Below the pieces are notes generated by a model. That model was not told where the DNA came from. It did not search any database and worked only from the letters and a program-made list of their open reading frames with translations. From an uncultured Gammaproteobacteria bacterium (lineage in GTDB: Bacteria; Pseudomonadota; Gammaproteobacteria; Chromatiales; Chromatiaceae), in contig CAVPHF010000041.1 in the NCBI GenBank assembly GCA_963704155.1, positions 16,457-80,456 of the forward strand: a stretch of DNA of 64,000 nt, read 5' to 3'. Position 1 is the first letter of the stretch; each line of letters begins with the position of its first letter. Made by a program: the position numbers and the translations under genes. This document shows positions 47,576 to 56,562 of the stretch, in pieces.

Positions 47576-48439
47576 ATGGCTTTGCGCGCCTCGTGCCTCG
47601 CGCGGGCGAACGGTGACGAAGACCGCGGCCGACTGCGCGCCGGTCGCCCAATCGCGCAGCTGGACTACCGCGTGCTGGAGCAACTTGCCGGCACCACGCC
47701 GTTCCGTAACTTCCCGCCGGAGGTCTCGATACCGCGGCGGGTAGACGTAGGCGCCTTCGCCGAGGACGTGGCAATCCGAGAGCGCTCCCGGTTGCACCTG
47801 GGCGACCAACCGGTCTATGAGTTGCGCACCCTCGTCGAGCAGTCCGGCGTGCATGTCTTCTACGGCAGCCTGCCGTCACGGCTCGCGGGCCTTTACGCCT
47901 TCGTGCCGGACCTCGGCTACTGCATCATGGTGAACCGCAAGCACCCGCCCGAGCGTCGCCGCTGGACGCTGTCCCACGAATACGCGCACTTTCTCGCCGA
48001 CCGGCACAAGCCCGGCGTGGACTACGTTCAAGAGCCCAAGCGCAAACCGCTGTCCGAGCGCTTTGCCGATGCCTTCGCGGCGAGTTTCCTGATGCCGGAG
48101 ACGGCCATGCGCCGCTACTTTCTCGCCGTCACCGAGCGCACCAGCGATTTCCGGACCGCCGACCTGAGCCGCCTCGCGCACCACTTTTACGTCTCCGTGC
48201 ACACGGCGGCGCTGCGCCTGGAAGACCTGGACCTGCTTGGCCGCGGCACCTGGGACGCCTTGACGGAGCGCGGATTCAAGCCCGGCGCGGCGCGCCAGTT
48301 ACTCGGATTGCCGAGCCGCCCGAACCCCGGAGGATCCCTTCCCGGAGCGTTACCGGTACCTCGCCGTGCAGGCGTATCTGCAGGAGGCCATCAGCGAAGG
48401 CCAGCTCGCCCGCTTTCTGCGCACGAACCGAGCGAGTGA
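47576..48439 (+). CDS. ImmA/IrrE-family (COG2856) metallopeptidase, apparently frameshifted at its 3' end
   Basis: HEXXH zinc motif (SHEYAHFL) and downstream ADAFAASFLMPE. No clear N-terminal XRE HTH. The conserved C-terminal part continues in two other frames up to 48552 (see findings). Confidence 0.65.
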   Translation: MALRASCLARANGDEDRGRLRAGRPIAQLDYRVLEQLAGTTPFRNFPPEVSIPRRVDVGAFAEDVAIRERSRLHLGDQPVYELRTLVEQSGVHVFYGSLPSRLAGLYAFVPDLGYCIMVNRKHPPERRRWTLSHEYAHFLADRHKPGVDYVQEPKRKPLSERFADAFAASFLMPETAMRRYFLAVTERTSDFRTADLSRLAHHFYVSVHTAALRLEDLDLLGRGTWDALTERGFKPGAARQLLGLPSRPNPGGSLPGALPVPRRAGVSAGGHQRRPARPLSAHEPSE

Positions 48440-48548
48440 CGGCGCGGGAGATCGTCGACGCTACGCTGACCTCCAAGGACCTCGATGAACAAGGACACCA
48501 GCGGTCTGTGCAGATGCCGAAGCAGCTCTCGCTGTTCGACCTGGCGTC

Positions 48549-49133
48549 GTGACGCAGGCGGCAAGCACGGCAGACGCGGTCGCACTCGACGCCTGCTGCC
48601 TCATCAAGCTTGCCGCCGCCGACGCGCTCGACCCCTGGTTCGGCGACCTCGGGCTAGCTTGGAAGCTGCCCGAGGCGGTTCTTAACGAGGCCCTATTCCT
48701 GCGCGTCGCCCCCGATGCCGTTGCCAGTGGCCCCGGCTGGGAACACGGCGATAACGCGCGCGAACCCATCCTGCTCGGGCAGTACATCGACAGCGGACTA
48801 CTGACAGTAGTCCGGCCTGAAACCGATGCCGAACTCGCCGGCTACGTCGCCCTCGCCCGGGAACTGGACGATGGCGAAGCCATGGCGCTTGCCGTCGCGC
48901 AGACCCGCGGGTGGCAGGTCGCCACCGACGACCGCAAGGCGATTCGGCTCGCTCCCGAGGCGGGCATATCGGTGCGTTCGACGCCGGCGATTGTGAATCG
49001 GTGGGTGGATAGGTCCACGCCTTCTCCGGCCGAGATCAGATCCGCACTAGTCGCAATCCGGGACCGCGCCAGATTCCTGCCGAGCCCGCGCGATCCGCTT
49101 TGCGATTGGTGGATGGCGCTGCTGGCGGATTAG
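48549..49133 (+). CDS. PIN-domain (DUF3368/VapC-like) protein
   Basis: GTG start in a GTGA overlap with the shifted-frame stop of the upstream gene. Contains an N-terminal VALDACCLIKL, a central DDGEAMALAVA and a TDDRKA motif, i.e. PIN acidic residues in the expected order. Confidence 0.6.
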   Translation: MTQAASTADAVALDACCLIKLAAADALDPWFGDLGLAWKLPEAVLNEALFLRVAPDAVASGPGWEHGDNAREPILLGQYIDSGLLTVVRPETDAELAGYVALARELDDGEAMALAVAQTRGWQVATDDRKAIRLAPEAGISVRSTPAIVNRWVDRSTPSPAEIRSALVAIRDRARFLPSPRDPLCDWWMALLAD

Positions 49134-49590
49134 GCAGGTTGCGGCGACGCCGATCTGCACCGGGATTTCAGTGCGGCTGCCCGCAAAGCCGGCCAGCTAT
49201 CAGCCACCAAACTCAAGCTGTCGCAGTTCCGCGAAATGTGACCCGTCTCCGATTTCCCGCACTAGATTCGCGATTTGATCGTGCAGAACAGCTCGAGAAC
49301 AGCCCGATTCCGCCTCGATCCGCGACTGGATATTCGTCGTTCCGATAACTATGGCTCAGACTTGACGCTGCGTCCCAGCTCGCGAATTACCATTTCGCGC
49401 CAACTGGCCGCAACGGCTATGTCAGTTTAGGCTGTGTGACTTAGGATCGTCGCTGAAGGCCGCTTGTTCTCTTTAGAGTCGGCGTCAGCAACATGCGGCG
49501 CCCCGCCACGCTTTGCGGCCACAGTGATGTTGGATGGAGGGCGTATGCCGATGGAGATGCCGCCACCTCGTTATCGAATCGGGCTAACGC

Positions 49591-50334
49591 ATGCCTGAGA
49601 ATAGCCAACCCGGTAGCGAGATGACGCCTGTCGCCTGCCATGAGTGCGACCTGCTGCAGCTGCTGCCCGACCTTTCGGCTGGCGGCAAGGCAAGCTGTTC
49701 TCGCTGCGGTTGCACGCTCGCAACCCGCCCCGTCGACCCGATCGAACGCCCTCTCGCGCTCGGCATCGCTGCCTTGCTGGTGTTGGTCGTAGCCAATACG
49801 TCGCCGTTGATGGGGCTGTCCGCCGTGGGTCGGCATGCGAGCACAACGATCATCGGCGGCGCCTACCAGATGTGGCTCGAGGGGCAGGAGGTGACTGCCG
49901 TGATCGTGGCCTTTTGCGCGGTCATCGCCCCCGCCGGCTATCTGTTGTGCCTATTGATCGTGCTGTTCGCGGTGCGTCGACCACCCGCGCCAAGCTGGGT
50001 CGGCGGCATGCTGCGCTGGGCCGAGCGCGCGCGGCCTTGGGCGATGACCGAGGTGATGATGCTCGGCATCATGGTGGCGCTGATCAAGATCGCGGACCTG
50101 GCCAAGGTGGAGGCCGGCATCGGAATGTATGCGGTCGGCGTGTTGATGCTGCTCTTTCCCGCGATCCTGAGTAGCGTCGATACCGAGGAGCTGTGGGCGA
50201 GAGTGGCCTGGCACGAATCCGAACCAGAAGCCGACCCCGCTACCGAACGGGAACGCATATCCCGGCAAACACCTGATGTGATAGGCAGCTCAGAACGCCA
50301 CCCCGGCGAGCCCCCATCCGAACGAGCCCCTTGA
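49591..50334 (+). CDS. pqiA: PqiA-family membrane protein (first half-gene)
   Basis: N-terminal Cys pairs (CHECDLL...CSRCG) followed by 4 TM helices, forming one PqiA domain. Confidence 0.85.
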   Translation: MPENSQPGSEMTPVACHECDLLQLLPDLSAGGKASCSRCGCTLATRPVDPIERPLALGIAALLVLVVANTSPLMGLSAVGRHASTTIIGGAYQMWLEGQEVTAVIVAFCAVIAPAGYLLCLLIVLFAVRRPPAPSWVGGMLRWAERARPWAMTEVMMLGIMVALIKIADLAKVEAGIGMYAVGVLMLLFPAILSSVDTEELWARVAWHESEPEADPATERERISRQTPDVIGSSERHPGEPPSERAP

Positions 50335-51017
50335 TGACGGCAGCACCCCTCACCGCGATCAAGGCCGGACTAGTGTCCTGTGAGACCTGCGGACTCTTGA
50401 CGCAACCGGCGAGCCTGGCCGAGCCCGGGTTCTGTCCCCGCTGTGGAAGCGAGCTCGAATCACGCCGTCACCGCTCCATCGAGCGGACCTGGGCGCTCGT
50501 CATTGCTGCTGCAATCTGCTACATCCCGGCAAACATGCTGCCGGTGCTCGGCACCACCACGCTCGGGTCGACCGAGTACGACACCATCATGGGCGGCGTG
50601 GTGTTCCTCTTTACCTCCGGGTCCTGGCCGCTGGCGCTGATCGTCTTGATCGCGAGCGTGATGGTTCCGCTCGGTAAGTTGGTCGCGCTAGGCTATTTGC
50701 TGATCACGGTCCAGCGGGGCTCGATACAGGGCGGCAGGCAGCGAACCCGGCTCTACCGCATGGTGGAGCTTGTCGGCCGCTGGTCGATGCTGGATGTCTT
50801 CGTCGACACCTTCACGGTCGCGCTGGTGCAACTGAACCCACTGATGTCCGTGCACCCCGGCCCTGGCGTGCTGTTTTTCGCCGCCGTGGTGGTACTGACG
50901 ATGATCGCCGCGAGCACCTTTGATCCCCGCCTCATTTGGGATGCCACTTCGGAAGCCGGTTCTGAACCGGCCCCACTCAAAGAGAACGGTCCGCAACAGG
51001 AGTCCAACCTTGGCTGA
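50334..51017 (+). CDS. pqiA: PqiA-family membrane protein (second half-gene)
   Basis: Second PqiA domain (CETCGLL...CPRCG, then TM helices). The start ATG at 50334 overlaps the preceding stop. Confidence 0.85.
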   Translation: MTAAPLTAIKAGLVSCETCGLLTQPASLAEPGFCPRCGSELESRRHRSIERTWALVIAAAICYIPANMLPVLGTTTLGSTEYDTIMGGVVFLFTSGSWPLALIVLIASVMVPLGKLVALGYLLITVQRGSIQGGRQRTRLYRMVELVGRWSMLDVFVDTFTVALVQLNPLMSVHPGPGVLFFAAVVVLTMIAASTFDPRLIWDATSEAGSEPAPLKENGPQQESNLG

Positions 51018-52680
51018 AGTCATCGACGGCCAGCAACTGCCGCGCGCAACCCTGACGCCCAAACGGCGTGGCCGGCTCTCGGCGGTTTGGCTCATTCCGC
51101 TCTTTGCCGCCCTGGTCGCGGTCGGCATCGCGGTCAATCGGATACTGAACGAGGGACCGACAATCAGCATCCTGTTCAAAACCGCCGAGGGCGTCGAGGC
51201 CGGCAAGACCTTCATCAAGTACAAGGATGTCAAGATCGGCGAGGTCTCCGCGGTGGAGCTGCACGACAACTTCTCCAAGGTGCTGGTCACCGCGAAGATC
51301 GACAAACATGCCGAGGACCTGATGGTGAAGGACGCCAGTTTCTGGGTGGTTCAGCCGCGGGTCACGCTGAGCGGCGTCTCCGGTCTGGGCACGCTGTTGT
51401 CGGGCAACTACATCGGCTTCGAGCAGGGCAAGTCCAAGGAGAGACACCGCCGCTTTACCGGGCTCGAGGTCGCGCCGGTGATCACGACCGATCAACCGGG
51501 CCGTCAGTTTGCGCTGACGGCCGACGATCTGGGCTCGCTCGGGATCGGCTCGCCAGTCTATTTTCGTCGTCTCCAGGTCGGGCAGGTCATCGCCTACAAG
51601 CTTGCCGCCAACGGCGAGTCAGTCGAGTTCCAGGTCTTCGTCAACGCCCCCTACGACCGCTTCATCAGCGCGGAGACACGCTTTTGGAATGCCAGCGGCC
51701 TGGATGTCTCGCTCGGCGCGGATGGCGTCGATGTGCGCACCCAGTCACTGGTGTCGGTGCTGATCGGCGGGGTTGCCTTCGAGACGCCGACCTTCGTCGC
51801 TGAAGGCGAGCCCGCGGCCGCAGACAGCACATTCGCCCTGTTCGCGGACCGGGCCACCGCGATGAAGCAACCGCAGGCCATCGCAAGACGCTACATCCTC
51901 TATTTCAACGACTCCCTGCGAGGATTGTCCGTCGGTGCCCCGGTCACGCTGCTCGGTCTGCAGGCCGGCGAGGTCACCGACGTCGGCTTTGAGATGGACC
52001 CCGAGACCCTGGTGCTGCGTGGCCGCGTCGAGTTTGTCGCCTATCCGGAGCGGCTCGTCGCACGTCTGCGCACCGCGGAGGCCGCGAAGACGCAGCAGGT
52101 GGTCGGCAACGAGCAGCAAAGCCACGCCTTCTTGCAACGGCTGATCGAAGAGCGCGGACTGCGCGGCCAATTGCGCAGCGGCAGCCTGATCACAGGGCAA
52201 CTCTACGTCGCCTTCGACTACGTTCCGGATGCCCCCAAGGTCAAGATCGACTGGAGCGCACCGATACCGGTGATCCCGACCGTCCCAAGCACCCTGCCCA
52301 ATCTCGAGGACAAGGTGACGGGCATTCTGGACAAGGTCGACAAGATCCCATTCGAGGCGATCGGCACAGAGGTCCAACAGGTCTTGGCGACCATTGACAA
52401 CGCGATCAAGGACATCGACAAGGCGGTAGATCACATCGACACCGACGTCACCCCGGAGCTGAAGTCCGCTCTCGTCGAGTTCCGACGCGCCTTGGCCTCC
52501 GCCGACCGCGTGTTGAAGAACACCGATGCCACTTTGCTAGGGCCGGATGCCCCCGTTCAGATCGAGTTGAGCAATGCCTTGCAAGAGGTGTCACGCGCCG
52601 CCCGTGCGGTGCGCGTGCTTGCCGACTACCTCGAACGCAACCCGGACGCGCTGATTCGCGGCAAGGGCAAGATGCCCTGA
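51010..52680 (+). CDS. pqiB: PqiB (multi-MCE-domain intermembrane transport protein)
   Basis: N-terminal TM helix (SAVWLIPLFAALVAVGIAV), three MCE repeats (e.g. FWVVQPRVTLSGVSGLGTLLSGNYIGF) and a C-terminal helical needle region. The start is probably the TTG at 51010; the upstream part of the track ORF overlaps pqiA. Confidence 0.88.
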   Translation: MAEVIDGQQLPRATLTPKRRGRLSAVWLIPLFAALVAVGIAVNRILNEGPTISILFKTAEGVEAGKTFIKYKDVKIGEVSAVELHDNFSKVLVTAKIDKHAEDLMVKDASFWVVQPRVTLSGVSGLGTLLSGNYIGFEQGKSKERHRRFTGLEVAPVITTDQPGRQFALTADDLGSLGIGSPVYFRRLQVGQVIAYKLAANGESVEFQVFVNAPYDRFISAETRFWNASGLDVSLGADGVDVRTQSLVSVLIGGVAFETPTFVAEGEPAAADSTFALFADRATAMKQPQAIARRYILYFNDSLRGLSVGAPVTLLGLQAGEVTDVGFEMDPETLVLRGRVEFVAYPERLVARLRTAEAAKTQQVVGNEQQSHAFLQRLIEERGLRGQLRSGSLITGQLYVAFDYVPDAPKVKIDWSAPIPVIPTVPSTLPNLEDKVTGILDKVDKIPFEAIGTEVQQVLATIDNAIKDIDKAVDHIDTDVTPELKSALVEFRRALASADRVLKNTDATLLGPDAPVQIELSNALQEVSRAARAVRVLADYLERNPDALIRGKGKMP

Positions 52681-52917
52681 TCCTCGGTTCGAGACCTGCT
52701 CACGCGAAGACGCGGACTGATCGATAACACATTGAAATCCTCTCGCATACTTCGCGGCTTCGCGTGGGAACTGCTTTCTCTTGGCCGTAGGACCGGCCCC
52801 GTCTTACGGCGCTGCGCGAGGCCAAGACCCAGCGCTGTGTTGCGCGGACAACCGGGTCCTTTAACGCGACGCCAGACTCCAACGCCTCCTTTCCCATCTA
52901 ACCGACGATAATCCGCC

Positions 52918-54480
52918 ATGCCTCAAATCACCCGTTTCGGCCCCGGAAAAGCCTCGGATAACACGGGTGCCGGTGGCGTCACCTGGTTCGATATCGACAT
53001 GGCCGTCGACGCCAATCGCGAATGGCTGGTGGCCTGGCAAGAGATCAACGAGCAGACTAGAACGGCCTTGTTGGAGCCGGTGCGTTTCAACCACTACGAA
53101 CAAGTCCCTGACGGCACATTGCTAAGCATCAAGATGCTTCGTCCCGGGCAGACGGATGATGTCACCGACCTCGCCGACTTGAAGCTGCTGATTGGCTCGA
53201 CCAGGGCGGTTACGGTGCGATCCGGAACGATCGTCGCCGTGGACCAGTTACGACAGCACCTGTTGTCGGACAAGACGCTGGTGACGGCGGTGGATCTGTT
53301 GGGATTTCTGGTGTCGGCGATGACCAACCGGATGGAAGCGGTCATTTACGATCTGACGCAAGACATCGATGACGTCGAGGATGCATTACTCGACGGCAAT
53401 ACGGTGCCACCCCCGCAGTCGCTGAGCGAGCTGCGACGCCGAATCTTCCGCACCCGACGGCAAGTGAATGGCACGCAGCAGGTGCTTGCTCCGATGACCA
53501 CCGATCCCGCCCTGGCGCTGGATGCAGACGATCGTGAAACGCTTAACAGAGCGTCGAGTCATGTGGCCCGCTACTTGGGGAGTCTGGATGAATGCCGCAC
53601 GCGGGTGGAGATGCTGGAGGACCAGATCGAGGAGCAACGCTCGGACACCATGACCCGTTCCAGCCTCAATCTGAGCATCGTCGCCACCGTGTTCCTGCCG
53701 CTGAGCTTCATCACCGGCCTGCTCGGGATGAACGTCGGCGGCATCCCCGACGAGCATAACCCGCTTGGTTTCTGGCTGGTGACGGGGTTGTCTATCGTCA
53801 TTTCCGTGGTCGCTTGGCACTGGCTGCGTCGCAAGACGTACGATCGCTATCTGCCTCAGACAAGTGATGGCCAGAAAGCAATTGAGCGATCGATGGAGCC
53901 CCGTTCAATCAATGACTCAGGGTTGACGCCCGCCGTCAAGGAGGTAACCGAGGGTCCTAGCAAGCACCTTGACACCCTTCCCGACACCGAACTCGGGCGT
54001 CAAAACCAGCCAGATGGGAAGAACGTTCACAAACATCGCACTTTCTCCCGCAGCAAGCTTGTTAGCGTTCATGTCTTTGCACTGCTGCTGGCACTTGTGC
54101 TGTTCCTTTTTCACGTTGTGATCATCATCGATGTCGCTGGCGAGTTGATTCATCGCGAGGCATGGATGTCGGCGCATTTTGGTCAATATGCTGGCAAGGT
54201 CGCCCTGCTTGGCAGCTTTTTTGTTTTGTTCGCGGCTCACATGGCGGAATCCGCGGCATGGGGCCTGTTTCTGCGGGGGGCGCGGCTCATACAGAGCGTG
54301 ACGGAAGGCATCTACTTCACGGCCGCTTCGATCACGACGCTCGGTTACGGCGACGTCGTACTGAAATATCCTTGGCGACATCTCGGGACATTGATCGCGA
54401 TCACGGGGGTGCTGATGTTTGGCTGTTCGACGGCGTTCTTGTTCCTGGTCTTACAGGAAGTCTGGAAAATACACATCTAG
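52918..54480 (+). CDS. CorA/ZntB-family divalent-cation transporter fused to a C-terminal K+-channel pore domain
   Basis: Single 520-aa ORF. Residues 1-305 are a CorA-like cytoplasmic domain plus 2 TM helices with the GMN motif (LLGMNVGG, nt 53725-53733). Residues ~306-377 form a hydrophilic linker. Residues ~378-520 are TM helices flanking a pore helix and selectivity filter TTLGYGD (nt 54334-54354). Confidence 0.7.
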   Translation: MPQITRFGPGKASDNTGAGGVTWFDIDMAVDANREWLVAWQEINEQTRTALLEPVRFNHYEQVPDGTLLSIKMLRPGQTDDVTDLADLKLLIGSTRAVTVRSGTIVAVDQLRQHLLSDKTLVTAVDLLGFLVSAMTNRMEAVIYDLTQDIDDVEDALLDGNTVPPPQSLSELRRRIFRTRRQVNGTQQVLAPMTTDPALALDADDRETLNRASSHVARYLGSLDECRTRVEMLEDQIEEQRSDTMTRSSLNLSIVATVFLPLSFITGLLGMNVGGIPDEHNPLGFWLVTGLSIVISVVAWHWLRRKTYDRYLPQTSDGQKAIERSMEPRSINDSGLTPAVKEVTEGPSKHLDTLPDTELGRQNQPDGKNVHKHRTFSRSKLVSVHVFALLLALVLFLFHVVIIIDVAGELIHREAWMSAHFGQYAGKVALLGSFFVLFAAHMAESAAWGLFLRGARLIQSVTEGIYFTAASITTLGYGDVVLKYPWRHLGTLIAITGVLMFGCSTAFLFLVLQEVWKIHI

Positions 54481-54490
54481 GCAGCAAAGC

Positions 54491-54514
54491 GTATCAGATG
54501 CTCCGGCAATCGCC
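54491..54514. repeat. Third copy of the REP-like arm
   Basis: GTATCAGATGCTCCGGCAATCGCC matches 19550-19573 (GTATGAGATCTTCCGGCAATCGCC) at 21 of 24 positions. It sits in the 34-nt gap between two convergent stop codons. Confidence 0.6.
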
Positions 54515-55717
54515 CTAGAAACTCAGGCTCAGAGCAGTGCCCAGCTTGTAGTAGTTGTAATCGACGGGTACGGAAAAATCCACGTAGACGGCGTAGCCGC
54601 TGAGCGAGACTTGCTTGGTGATCGGCAGGTCGAAGAGCAGGTCGATCTCCAACGAATCGGCATCGACGGCGTTATTTCGGCCGATGCCAATGGCTGGGCT
54701 CAGCGTCAGCTGGCCGAGCTTCGCCGACCCGTTCAGGTAGAACTCGTAGGCGTTGTTGAGGTCGTTCAGCGGATAGAGGTTGTCCTCCACGAGCGGGTCG
54801 AAGACGTCGAACAGGCCGGCGGTGAGGTCGATGCGGCCGTTGCCGAGCCAATAGACGCCGCCACCGGCCGAGAATCGCTCACCGACCACTCCGGTATGCA
54901 CGCGGGCGGACCAGACATCTTCGTACTCGGGCTCGATCCGGCTCGGCACCAGGTTGTGGTGATAGGCCAGAATCAGCTCAGTGTCCCAACGCCGCTTGCC
55001 GCGTGCCGGCGGCAGATGTAGCGACAGGTCCAAGGTCGAGCCGACCACGGCCATAACCCCTTGCTGCCAGTTGACGAACGGCGATGCCTTGAACCGGCGG
55101 CCGACGGCCAAGTCCGCGACCTGCGCGGCGACAAAGACGGCCCCGGCGCCATCGTTAGCCTTGTCGACGTTCTGCCAGCCCGTGATGCCGCGGGCCTCAT
55201 AGCCGGTCTCAGAATACTTGATCCAGTGGTTCAGCGCGGCGACATGGATCGTGGCGCCCCTGGTTAGGGGCAGGTTCAGGGGCAGGTTCAGCCCGAGGCC
55301 CTGCTGGCTGTCGCCGTCGAGGACCGGGTTACCGGGAAAGGCACGCCGGCCCAAGGTCGCAGACAGTTCACTGGTGTCGGAATCGAAGTCGAGATAGAAC
55401 TCACGCAGGTCCGTCGGCACCGTGAAGACCTGCTCGAAGTCGCCCGGCTGTTGGCTCCAGAGGTCGACGATGCCTAACCCGGTGGCACCGGCGCCGAGCC
55501 CGTGCCAGCGCGGCGTCGTTGCCGTAGCCTCGAAGAAGCCCCAGGCCAGCCCGGCATCGGGTCCATTCTGGTCGAGCGTCGTATGCACCCCGGCGCCGAC
55601 CTTGCCGGAGAGTTCGCCGTTGTCGAGCATGGGCCAACGCCCATCGTCGGCGACGCTCGAGCCTAGGGCACACCAGAGTCCGCCGACGAGCACGAATTGA
55701 AAATACGCGTTCGGCAT
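54515..55717 (-). CDS. Outer-membrane beta-barrel protein, family unassigned
   Basis: 400 aa with a signal-like N-terminus (FQFVLVGGLWCALGSSVA), alternating strand patterns, Gly/aromatic girdle residues and a terminal ...LGTALSLSF. Confidence 0.55.
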   Translation of the reverse strand: MPNAYFQFVLVGGLWCALGSSVADDGRWPMLDNGELSGKVGAGVHTTLDQNGPDAGLAWGFFEATATTPRWHGLGAGATGLGIVDLWSQQPGDFEQVFTVPTDLREFYLDFDSDTSELSATLGRRAFPGNPVLDGDSQQGLGLNLPLNLPLTRGATIHVAALNHWIKYSETGYEARGITGWQNVDKANDGAGAVFVAAQVADLAVGRRFKASPFVNWQQGVMAVVGSTLDLSLHLPPARGKRRWDTELILAYHHNLVPSRIEPEYEDVWSARVHTGVVGERFSAGGGVYWLGNGRIDLTAGLFDVFDPLVEDNLYPLNDLNNAYEFYLNGSAKLGQLTLSPAIGIGRNNAVDADSLEIDLLFDLPITKQVSLSGYAVYVDFSVPVDYNYYKLGTALSLSF

Positions 55718-56166
55718 CGGCAGCTTCGGGGACAGGGCAGTTTCGGGAACAGCATACTAAGCTCGATTCGCGTCTGAGTCGGCGTCGTACCGCCATCCGC
55801 GGTGGCGCCGAAAACGTTGCTTGGAGTTGGCCGCGTCGTGCTCGATCACGGATGACCATTCTACGCCAAATGGACTCGCCGGCCGTGTCAGTTCGGGCGA
55901 TGTGGGGTAGGATCTAGGCTGAACAGTTTCCCATAGCCTCAATTTCAACCGTCTATTGTGCGTCGCCGTTGAATAGCTGGCAGACGCTATAGCCATCGAG
56001 ATTCCGCTGTCGTCACCGGGGTTTTTTCAACCTTGGCACGGATGAATGACAGGGCGTATGCCGATAGCGATGCGGCACTGGCTGCGGTTCCATTACTCTA
56101 AGAGCGATAAGGGCAGAAACGCGTCTGATGACGCTGAAAGACGCAGAGGGAAAACTCAACGTCTTG

Positions 56167-56194
56167 CTCCTAGCCATCACCTCCTAGCCATCAC
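56167..56194. repeat. Tandem 14-bp repeat (CTCCTAGCCATCAC)x2
   Basis: Read directly in the 550-bp lower-GC spacer upstream of asmA. Confidence 0.8.
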
Positions 56195-56268
56195 CTCGGC
56201 TACCCGACGGCCTTGTGTCGGTCATGCCGCCATTCCATCCGATTGCGCGGCTTCCGTAAACCACTGAG

Positions 56269-56562
56269 ATGAAAACCCTTCGCGTTCTTGCCTGGCTGCT
56301 GCTGTCGGTGTTTCTGCTGGTGGTGGGCGCCGTCGGCTTTCTGCCGTTCTATCTGCAGACCCACAAGGCGGACCTGGAGGCCGCGGCGGCTGATGCCCTT
56401 GGGCGGCCGGTCGCGATCGACGGCCTGAAGTTGGGCTGGTTATCGCATCCACGGCCGGGCCTGTCGATCGTGCTGAACGGGCTGCGGGTGTCGAATCCGG
56501 AGTGGGACACCGACCAAGACGCTGGGGCCGCACCTGCTGGAGGCCAGAGCGGGTCGATGTGA
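56269..56562 (+). pseudogene. asmA: AsmA-family protein, N-terminal fragment split off by a frameshift
   Basis: MKTLRVLAWLLLSVFLLVVGAVGFLPFYLQTHKADLEAAAADALGRPVAIDGLKLGW... is a typical AsmA N-terminus (TM anchor plus first beta-taco strands). The frame ends at 56562, while the continuation (ERVDVTWQLSALLHRQVRIDQLVIRG) is in the frame of the 56502 ORF. Confidence 0.7.

Noticed and set aside
49134-49590. Possible gene or ncRNA in the 457-bp spacer before pqiA, including a minus-strand open frame ending ...HFAELRQLEFGG.
   Set aside because: There is no start codon or RBS and no recognisable family, and the track ORF 49441-49836 is antisense to pqiA. I cannot support any call.
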